A stretch of 64,000 nucleotides of DNA from Octopus vulgaris (lineage: Eukaryota). The DNA lies in NCBI GenBank assembly GCA_951406725.2, contig OX597827.1, positions 74,276,001 through 74,340,000 of the forward strand, given 5' to 3'. The position numbers were made by a program, and so were the translations under genes. Positions 54,549 to 64,000 of this stretch are shown piece by piece (the stretch's first letter is position 1; each line of letters begins with the position of its first letter). The notes beneath the pieces were generated by a model. The model saw only the letters and a list, made by a program, of their open reading frames with translations. It was not told the DNA's origin and did no database searches.

Positions 54549-54657
54549 ATACACACAAACACACACATACACAACACACACACACACACACTCATATATA
54601 TATATATTTATACATATATATATTTATTTATACATATAGATATATGAAAATAAGTAT

Positions 54658-54860
54658 TTTTCCTTGGGGCTCGCCAGATTGGAGCAATATCGAGTATAAC
54701 CAGCCGAAATTGCAAAGATCATCTGGAACTCGACTGACGAAAGAAAACTCCGAATGACCCATCCTTGTTTTCTTTGTATCGTCTATATGAATTTTTTGTT
54801 CTCCCTTTTTTGTATCACCTGACTGTCTGGATGTTTTGCGTTCTTGTCCCATTTTGTATT
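54658..54860 (+). repeat. ~200-bp interspersed repeat, same family as 851-1052
   Basis: Colinear similarity; flanked by TA tracts. Confidence 0.75.
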
Positions 54861-55049
54861 ATATATATATATATAGCGCCGTACGTAAGTATACAGTTTT
54901 CTAAATGTTGCACGACTCTATTTCTGTCTTTCAGCCCTTTCACGCTTATTTGTTCATTCCACTCTTCGTTCGGACGTTCCCCCTCTCTCACATTTCTTTG
55001 CCTTCTCTCGTTGCTCAGTTCCCTCCACTTTTCGCTTCACTCTGTCCTA

Positions 55050-56500
55050 GCTTTCGACCAGGTAGGAGCTGCCTGACCCAGCTCTTACATCCTTATGTTA
55101 GTTAGTTAGTTAGTTAGTTAATTTGGCTCAAAAGCAAATAGCAAGGCCATGTAGGGGGACATGGAGTTAAGTACAGGGTGGTGTTCATGTAAAGAGTTCA
55201 GGCCACTTGAGGTCCAGGGAGGCTGGGTGTTGAAGCATTTACTCAACAAGTCAAATGTGTATGTAATATACCCTGATTTTGCAAAAGCTTTTGACAAAGT
55301 GGATCATGGTATGATATGCAACAGACTGCGTGATCTCGGCATAGCTGCAAAACTTGGAGAATAGTTACATGACTTTCTGAAATATAGAAGTCAGAACGTT
55401 GTGGCTCATGGAGCCACCTCTATGAAAACACAAACACTGAGTGGTGTTCCAAAGGGCACTGTCTTGGGACCACTGCTTTCTATAGTGGCCTTCTCAGATA
55501 TGCCCTCATGTGTCCGGATAGTCACCCTTGCAAGATACGCAGACGATACACAAGTCTCGCAGAAAATACAGAACCACAGCAAAGTGCACATCTGCAGCAG
55601 ATGTTGGACTCAATATACAGATGGACTGACGATAATAATATGCAGTTTAATGTTGAAAAATTCCAAACCCTGCGCTACCCGCGTCCAAAACAGAATATAA
55701 AACTTATAGGTTACACTGGTCCACAAGAAATTTCAGTCCTAGAGCCTAAATCAGTTAGGGACCTGGGTATCGACATGAGTGATGATACCTCTTTCCAATT
55801 GCAGGTTTCCAGGATGGCAACAAAGTGCAGACGACAGGCTGGATGGATCCTGAGAACATTCAGAGATAAGAACGATGTTGGTTCTCTGGAGGACATTCGT
55901 CCTCAGCCACCTTGATTACTGCTCCCAGCAGTATGAAATTACCAGTATGAAATTATCATCGGACCTTGAAGCAATCCAGAGAAGATTCACAAAGAAGATC
56001 GTCTTTTTGCAACTGCTCAGCTACTGGGAAAGGCTGAAACAGCTAAGATTCTACTCCTCGGAGAGAAGGCGGGAGAATAATGCTGCAATATACATCTGGA
56101 AGATCTTGGAAATAATTGGCCAAATTTTGGCATTGAAAGCTACACCAATGCCAACGACACTGCATAGTGCCAAAGATCCCAGCAACGCCATCGAGCTTCA
56201 GAACGAGTTACTGCAACAGCCTGGGGTTCAGGGGTCCACAGCATTTTAATATTCTCCCAAAGAGCCTGAGGAACATGCACAAAGTAGATGTAGGCGTTTT
56301 TAATTCAAAGCTGGTCTTCTTCCAGTCGAGATTCCTAGATGAACCTACCTCACAGCAAAAGAGGCAAATGAAGGTAGCTACATCAACCACCATTCTTCCC
56401 CAAGTGTCGGATTTTGGAGGAGACTCTCAGTAATAACAGTGTAGCAAAACAGCGGTGCATCAGCATGGCCGCAGCTCTGATTTGAAACTACAGAAAAAAA
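55050..56500 (+). mobile_element. 5'-truncated CR1/L2/Jockey-group LINE, reverse transcriptase pseudogene
   Basis: FRPGRSCLTQLL, VIYPDFAKAFDKVDH, SGVPKGTVLGPLL, YADDT, VRDLGI, LEAIQRRFTK, SYWERLK; stops and frameshifts present. Confidence 0.92.
55098..55222 (-). mobile_element. Short antisense retroelement 3' end with (TAAC)n tail nested in the LINE RT
   Basis: Splits QLLHPY from WVLKHLL; begins with (GTTA)n on the plus strand. Confidence 0.55.
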
Positions 56501-56591
<91 letters not shown>

Positions 56592-56622
56592 TATATGTAC
56601 ACATATTTATATATAACTATGT

Positions 56623-56870
56623 GGAGGCGCGTGACTTAGTGGTTAGGGTGTTGAACTCATGATCGTATTTCTGTGGTTTCCATTCCTGGACCGGGCGTTG
56701 CGTTGTGTTCTTGAGCAAAACACTTCATTTCACGTTGATCCAGCTAGTAAAAGTGAGTAATCCTGCGACGGACCGGCGTCTCGTCCAGGTGGGGAACCTA
56801 TACGTGAAGAAAACCGAGAATCTGGCCCTATGACACAGGCGCGGCTCGAGAATGGACAAAGAACAAGAAT
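56623..56870 (+). mobile_element. tRNA-derived SINE
   Basis: ggaggcgcgtgacttagtggttagggtg (box A), gtttccattcc (box B-like), then ttgtgttcttgagcaaaacactt...ctgcgacggaccggcgtctcgtccagg core. Confidence 0.75.
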
Positions 56871-59800
56871 AATTAACTATGTATATATTTATGTACAGAT
56901 CTGTTTATATATATATATATATATATATATATTTTTATGTGTATATATAATAAATATCTAAACGAGGTATAAACAGTAGAATATTTGCCACTTAAATGTG
57001 GCTAACCACTAAGTGTGAATGTTACTGTAGCTTGTAGCCCCAGGAGAACATCTTCTCCAGCTGACTATTCTGTGCCGTATCAGTATTTGAAAAGGAAAGC
57101 CATCCTTCCAATCGTCGACCTGACGTGACACGCACGGGCCCGGGTTTCTGGTTATTTACCCGTCGTCAGCGCGCGACAATCACCGGTCTTCGATGTAGAG
57201 GGGTCCCAATGCAAATACATATATCCTTCTTTCAGTGACGATCACTGATTTCGAAAAAGTGTAAGACTACATATAGTCTTTTCACCCTCTGAAAATTAGT
57301 GTCCCTTTCATGTTTGAGTTTACTATTTTAAGAAAGGGAGAAAACATTGCAAAATATATAGTATTTCATGTTTCGGGGCTAAACGCTCACTCTGTTTGTC
57401 TTACACACACTCTCTCTCTCTCTCTCTCACTCTCTCTCTCTCACTCCTTCTCCTTCTCCTTCTCATGCCTACAATCGTCGGCAGACTTGGACTTCTCTAC
57501 CATAGTCTGAAGATTCTTGATTTTCCTTGTGCAAGATACAGCATTAGATTCTCGTTACCGACTGCGATTTATTTACAGTTTAATCTTTTGGTCTCTTACT
57601 CTCCTAATTTTATCCTTGAGCCAGAAGGCTTATTTAATCTCTAAACAGTGGAAGAAGTTCACGTGATATAAGGACATGTCCACACTGCGGTAGGCATTCT
57701 TGGCCCATGTCATAGAGCAGACTCTACTCCGAATCCTGGGTGTCTTAGCCTCAATAATCGCTTCTGCTAATTTCATCCCTCACTGGTATTACCATCTTTA
57801 GGCCAGAGATACTATTTGTGGTGACTAAAAAGTAACATTATTCTCCCTAAAGTTGGAACCTCATCATGAGATACAGTTTAATGTCTAGCTTAGGACATGT
57901 TATTAAGAGAGACTAGCTGTTTTCGTATTTTCCTTACTTCGAATTTGTTTCAGCCACTCTCCTTCACTTTCTCGTCATTCTGCCTGTCTCGCTCTCTTTC
58001 TTTCTGTCTGTCTGTTTTTCTTTCTTTCCTCCTTCATTTCTTTCTTTCTTCTTTCCTTATTTATTTCTCCCTTCCTTTCTCTTGCACGGCTAGATATATC
58101 TTTTCTTTTTTTTAAGGTATCAGAGATTCTTAGGGCCCAAGAGAAATCTGCAGTGAAATATGTCTATAACTAGCGAATACCATAACACCAGTTCCATTGA
58201 CAATACTATATAGCCCTTTATATATTTTTATATATTTTCGGATCTGCAATAATCGGATCCCCTATTTAGCAAGTTATTATTGAGTAAGTTTAACTGTGTG
58301 CAAGGTTTAGGATCAGATTCCTATTCTAAAGTTAACAGAAAATCTTTAGTGCTGCTTCGATTATAACTTCCTTTGCTTAATGCCACTGCTATCCAGCGGT
58401 TACAGATAGAAAATGTACTGTATGAGAGAATATCTTAATTTTACTTTAGGATTTACATAAATAAGTGGGACGGCATCCATGAATCTTCAAGCCTCCCCAT
58501 ACAGGTGAAATTAGTTGAGATGATTGATAGTTTGAAAATTTATAGAATGGCGATCCTCATAGTCACCGGATAGTTATAGATCTGAGAGGGAAGAACGGGA
58601 GGAAGACAATTTAGTGAATGTTTAAGGGGTTGAGAGATGGTTAGGATATGGTGAATGGATGTAGTTATAGAAGTATTATTCAGAAAACTACAGAGGAACA
58701 GTAGGAGACATATTAAGCAATAATAAAAAAAAAATTGTAGAAGAAACAACGTGTCTGTAAGATATTGATTGGTATGTGTTTCTGTGTTTGTGAGTAAAGT
58801 GAGAAAATGTTTGTGAGTGTTTGTGAGTAAAGTGAGGAAAGTATAATTGTTAAAACTGATGACATAGGTAATGAGACTTTGGTGGAGTTTTGTTGAGTGG
58901 GTGAAGAGCAGAAATTGAAATTGAATGAATAAAGTATGTTGAGCCTCTGTGTAACAGTGCTTATAACTAGGCTGCCTTGATTATGAATGGGTGAGTAGCG
59001 GTCTCTTAAAGCCTGGAGATTTTCTTTGAAAGGAGTAGTTGTGGTGAGTGACCTGCTCTAGAACAACTAGAAAATAGGCAGATAATGATATTCAGTAATC
59101 AGCAGGTTTGAGTAAGAAAAACAAAACAAAATATTCATCCCAGTTGTAGTTTATCTCTCAGAGTGGCCCTGTTGGAACGGATATATCATCAGAGGTATTA
59201 CTCATGTGGCCATCCAGTTTTTCTTTATATATTGTGTACCTAGTTTTATATTATCTAATTTATCCATTTGTTATTTCAGACAATAGTGTGTAGTGTAAGG
59301 GATGATTCACTGCTATTTCTAGCGGATTATACAAACATTGAAATGTTTTCCGCTGGAACTGTTTATTTTTCAGCCAGACCTGGTTGAGCGTAGTTTACTA
59401 TGTCACTTATTCCTTCCTCGAAGTTAATTTTTCTGTATCTGTGGCGCCACTGCTTTCGGAACTGCTCCAAGTACACTAGCATTTATTCGGCTATCTCGCG
59501 ACCTGAATTGCTATGATTAGATAGTGATCATTTGGTTTGATCGGTGACGACTAAGTTTTGGGCTTTTGGATGAAAAGACAGCTTCTGCTCCTATTTTATT
59601 AATTAGAAATATGTATGTATCCAGATAATTAAAGTTAATTGTAAGATGAACATCCCGGTTTTTTGTTTTCCAGAAATACTCTATGTACTGTTACAACACG
59701 CATTATTCCAGTCTCCTTTTAAGGAGGTGAGGTATACTTCTCTGAATATTTTGCTGGTATTTCCATCATGTCGAGGGACCACGTAGGGACACTACCCATT

Positions 59801-60472
59801 TTGGCCCACGTTCAGTTTGGTGCTTGGAGCACAGATGTGATGATGATTAGAGGAAACAAGACATTGATCAATATATTCCAGCGGTAAACATTCATTAAAA
59901 GTAGAGCCTATAGCGTGTTTATTGCGACAATGCAAGTAGAAAATGGCTGTTTTACATAGTGCAGAGTTCTGATTTACTTTGGTCATCTTTAATTTCGGCA
60001 TAACAAAGATTCTAGACAGTCTGCCTTTGCTGGGAATGTTAAGAACAATATATATTTGAAACTAAGAGTAAATTGTATATTTGTAAACTGAACAGAAAGA
60101 CAGAGAAACAACAATTGAGACCGAAATGTTAAAATAGGGAAAGACACAGAAGAAGAGAAGAAAGATATTACAGGGAAAGCAATCTGTGCCATAAACAGTT
60201 GTAAGATTTCTAATATATTTCCGCATAAAAATTAATATCTCGGCGGTAATAGTAGAAAGTAATCGAGTTAATGAGACAGATTAAGTCCCATAGATTTTCC
60301 AAACAGAATATTAAATAATGATCATACCAGATCATATAAGGTTGATAATGTTAATATTCAAAGGTTATTGCGGATATGGATATTTCTAGAAACTGATATA
60401 AGAAAGATTTGCAATGAAATCTAATAATCCCTCAGTAATATTATTGAGCAGGAGATTAAAAGTTTATCTAAC

Positions 60473-60610
60473 CTATGCACTTCTTTTTACGAGAGTCCCA
60501 GTAATATCCTATAATGCAATCACAGCGTCCCGTTTCTTGATCACATTTAGAGCCTTCACAGAGTTCGCAACGTTCCATACACATATCTCCATAGAATCCA
60601 GGAACACATT
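60473..60610 (-). CDS. Unique 8-Cys EGF exon (not in the ORF track)
   Basis: ttattacAG|AATGT ... TGCATAG|GTtaga; 138 bp, phase 1-1; CVPGFYGDMCMERCELCEGSKCDQETGRCDCIIGYYWDSRKKKCI. Confidence 0.88.
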
Positions 60611-61405
60611 CTGTAATAACAAAAATGATTGAAAAAGAAAATATCACGGTTTCTGTATGTATTTCACGAGCGTTAGCACATAAATATTCAGTTGTAATGA
60701 TATTCTATAGAATGAATATGGTTTAAATTGTTAGGGCTTGAAAGAAGAAATAAGGAGTAATCTTTTAGTGACCTCAAAAATGAACATAACCATGGACAAG
60801 TCGAATGTTTGAAAACACATAATCTTAACGAATCGTGTAAAATGAAATAAGATGAGTGGATGAAAGTTGGCGAGAGTGTAATGGTATATAAAATTATATA
60901 TATTTAGTTTATAAAGTACACCATTGAAATATTTGTTATATCAATCTTAATTAGCTTTATCAACACTCCAGTCAACACCAGTGGAAAGTTTTATGGTCAA
61001 CAGAATGACTTTGTTCATTGGATATAGAGTTCTTGACTGTAGGTAAGCAGTATGCAAGTATATTTGACAAGTGTTTGCTTAGCCTGTAATAGTGAATTGA
61101 AATCGTATCACTAAAGTGTTACTATTTAGGAAAACTATGGCGGGGGAGGGACAAAGAAGTGGGGAAGCAGAAAGATTTCAAAACCGAACCAACCGTCTAA
61201 TGGTAATTAGTATGTTCATTTATGTTCGGAGTTCAAACCCCGCTCTATACATTTTACCTTTTAAACTTTCAGGATCGATAACATAGTTATCAGTCCACTA
61301 TGGAAGTCAAGATAAACGGTTGTATTTTATCTCAAAATCGATAGCTCTGTAACATTCTCAAAAATCAATATTTACCAAGTGAAATAACAAATAAACATAA
61401 CTTAC

Positions 61406-61588
61406 GTAATACTTCCACTTCACAAAGAGTAAGCATTTCATCATCTCCCTCTAACGATATCCAGACATAACTTGCAGTGGGTTGTTTCTTACATTTAATA
61501 TGAATTACATCTTCATTGTATTCATAATATTGACTTTGAAAACAAAGTGATGATCCTACAAAAACTTTAAATCCTTTCAGCCTGTCAC
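61406..61588 (-). CDS. F-type lectin / galactose-binding-like domain, C-terminal half, of a lectin-multi-EGF (MEGF/SCARF-like) protein
   Basis: ttctAG|GTGAC ... GTATTAC|GTAAGT; 183 bp, phase 1-1; DRLKGFKVFVG..LC...IHIKC....ASYVWISL.....LTLCEVEV matches the fucolectin-fold C-terminal signature. Confidence 0.85.
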
Positions 61589-61721
61589 CTAGAACCAAAA
61601 TATAAGAGTAAAATTGGAATCAGATGTTATTTATATTGAGATTAATTTGAAAAGAAAGATCATCAAGCGAAGAGTTTACCATTTTAATAATTTGTCTTAT
61701 TAATAATCGGTTACACAATAT

Positions 61722-62020
61722 GTACTGGCACTCCGCCGGTTACGGCTACGAGGGTTCCAGTTGATTTGATAAACGGAAGAGCCTGCTCGTGAAATTACCG
61801 TTCAAGTGGCTGAGTACTCCACAAACATCTGTACGCTTAACGTAGTTCTTAGGGAGATTCAGCGTGATGCAGGGTGTAACGAGGCTGGCCCTTTGAAATA
61901 CAGATACAACTCATTCTTTCAGCTGAGAGGACTTGGGCAATGTGAAATAAGTCGCCGGGAATTGAACTCACGACTTTTCGATCGTTAGCCGATTACCCTA
62001 ACCACTAAGCCACACGCCTT
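61722..62020 (-). mobile_element. tRNA-derived SINE
   Basis: Reverse complement: ggcgtgtggcttagtggttaggg (box A) ... gagttcaattccc (box B) ... tgtggagtactcagccacttg ... ggaaccctcg. Confidence 0.78.
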
Positions 62021-62094
62021 TACATCGATAACACAATGAGTTGAAAAAAATCAAAAATACATATACATATATGTACATAAGTACAGATAGTTAT

Positions 62095-62096
<2 letters not shown>

Positions 62097-62187
<91 letters not shown>

Positions 62188-62192
62188 TAGAT
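62097..62192. repeat. (AGAT)n/(AGAC)n microsatellite
   Basis: Directly visible. Confidence 0.95.
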
Positions 62193-62339
62193 AAATTTAA
62201 TTGAAAACAAGGAAATTATCTTTAACAAGGTGGTGTATACTTCTGTGTCTGTATCTGTGGTTATTTGCCTTGTGCATCATTAATGTGTGTAGTAACGTAT
62301 GAATGTGCGTGGATGAATACACAGGATATTCTAGATATA

Positions 62340-62835
62340 CGAGGGTGGGCTGAAAGATTCATAGGACGACTATGAAGGAGTGATGCTAGAGATGTGTAAT
62401 CTTGCATGCATTAATTTTCAACTCTACTTCTTAATATCTGTATTGTTTCCTTCCAGGTAAACTGACATCTGATCAAAGAAGACTTCAAATATTACTAATA
62501 ACGACTTAATTGAAAATGAACGAAAGTTGACACTGTGCTGTTATCAAATACCTTGAGAGAGAGAAATGAAAATACTTTGTACAAGAAACATGATGAACTT
62601 GTCATGACGAATGTTTCCTGCGTGGTGGATGCCACTTCTATTGACACCTGATGGTAAAGTGCACCAGTCGTATAACATCACTGGAAAATCTGACATTGTT
62701 TGAGGCAGGTTTAGCTAGTTTCCTTAAATATTTCCTAAGCTAAGATGAGTTTTGGGTTTATCACTTTGAGATAGAGTCAAAAAGACAATAGATGGAGGAG
62801 AAACACCCCACCTCCTCTGCTTCAAAGGTCGTTAC
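62340..62835 (+). mobile_element. Mariner-family transposon remnant
   Basis: TA+CGAGGGTGGGCTGAAA TIR-like start; degenerate AVIKYL, ELVMTNVS/AWWMPLLLTPD (WVPRLL motif) and HFEIESKRQ*ME.KHP. Confidence 0.7.
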
Positions 62836-62947
62836 ACACACATGCATACACATATATCATGCATACACATATGCATACATACATACAAGAAAGATGTACG
62901 CCTGTTATTTATGTATGTATGTATGTATATATGACAATATACCCCTC

Positions 62948-62985
<38 letters not shown>

Positions 62986-63069
62986 CACACACCCGCATAC
63001 ATAGATACAAGAAAGATGTACGCCTATTATTTATGTATGTACGTATATATGACGAAATACACCCCTCAC

Positions 63070-63110
<41 letters not shown>

Positions 63111-63184
63111 TCCTCTATTTCCTCTGTGGTTTGATACTGTATGTATATATATGTGTGTGTGTGTTTGTGTGTGCAGGCAGGGTT

Positions 63185-64000
63185 CTACAATCGTAAGGAA
63201 AAAGCAGGGGAATTTTCTTTCTTGATGCTCCTGGTGACACACATAAAAAGTTTTGAAACATTACTTCTCCCCAAAGTGAGACAAAAAAAATTTGTAGTTA
63301 CTGTACCTTTGTCTGGCTTGGCTGCCACCATTCTCACAGGTGGACGAACAGCTCATTCTGCTTTTAAATTACCACTAAACCTCGTGACAACTGACAGTCT
63401 AATTTGTAACATAAGCAAAGATGGAGGTTCAGCAGAAGTGTTGTTCCCATGCCACCATATCATTTAGGGTGAACGTACCATGTCACATAGAGGTGAAATG
63501 GAAGCCCTTGGTAACACCTTACAGGACATCAGAGGCAACAATAAATTTATGGGAGAAGTACAAATCAGTTACTTCAGTCCTTGATGAAAATCAAGCTGTC
63601 CATTACCCAACAGAGTTCCTTAATTCTCTTGAGCCACCTGGAATTCCTCCACATAAACATTTTCTAAAGGTCGAGTCCCAATAATGCTTCTAGGAAATTT
63701 AGATCCTCCTAAATTATGCAATGCGACAGGGTTGATTGTCAAGACATTATCACCTAATGTGACAGAAGCTACCATCATCACTGGATGTGCCTCTGAAGAA
63801 GAGGTTTTCGTTCCAAGAATTTCAATCAAACCAACAGATATGCCCTTTGAGTTCGAACGAACACAATTCCCAGTGCGACTTCCCTTTGCAATGTCTGTTA
63901 ATAAAGCTCAAGGTTAGTATTTGAAGTCTACTGGCGTGATTTTCTTATAGTCAAATTCTTATGGTGAAATTTGCTCCAGTGTAGGTAGTTTGCAAGACCT
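63185..64000 (+). mobile_element. Helitron PIF1-like helicase pseudogene, internally deleted
   Basis: [76 protein letters not shown] across frameshifts. Confidence 0.9.

Noticed and set aside
56623-56700. tRNA gene candidates (also 61950-62020 and 6180-6253)
   Set aside because: Box A/B-like motifs run into SINE bodies and no complete cloverleaf is evident
57650-57830. Minus-strand peptide KLAEAIIEAK...WAKNAYRSVD faintly like an R2/NeSL-type RT motif
   Set aside because: Too degenerate to call without a profile search
59792-60001. Cys/His-containing minus-strand ORF between the unique EGF exon and the array
   Set aside because: No EGF spacing and no convincing phase-1 splice sites
62881-63110. 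~120-bp tandem duplication (acaagaaagatgtacgcct...acccctcactctct)
   Set aside because: Local duplication embedded in microsatellites, with no sign of function

Overview
AT-rich, microsatellite- and transposon-laden eukaryotic DNA. The repeat complement (tRNA-headed SINEs, Penelope, Tc1/mariner, CR1/L2-type and RTE LINE remnants, Helitron) resembles coleoid cephalopod, probably Octopus, genomic DNA; this assignment is an inference. One spliced minus-strand gene crosses the window, and its 5' and 3' ends lie outside it. It has an F-type-lectin/galactose-binding-like exon (61406-61588), one unique 8-Cys EGF exon (60473-60610), and a ~53-kb tandem array (~1410-54550) of 14 duplicated units. Each unit carries two symmetric phase-1 EGF exons (A 129 bp, B 135 bp) plus a co-duplicated dead Tc1 element. 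Units are numbered 1-14 left to right; transcription runs from unit 14 to unit 1. All 14 B exons are intact, encode 13 different peptides, and switch an RGD motif on and off. Five A exons are damaged. The array grew by nested duplications (~2.7, ~4.75, ~5.1 and ~18.9 kb) whose junctions can be read directly. The introns hold Penelope-derived hammerhead ribozymes, long foldbacks and a Tx1-like element inserted into a SINE head.
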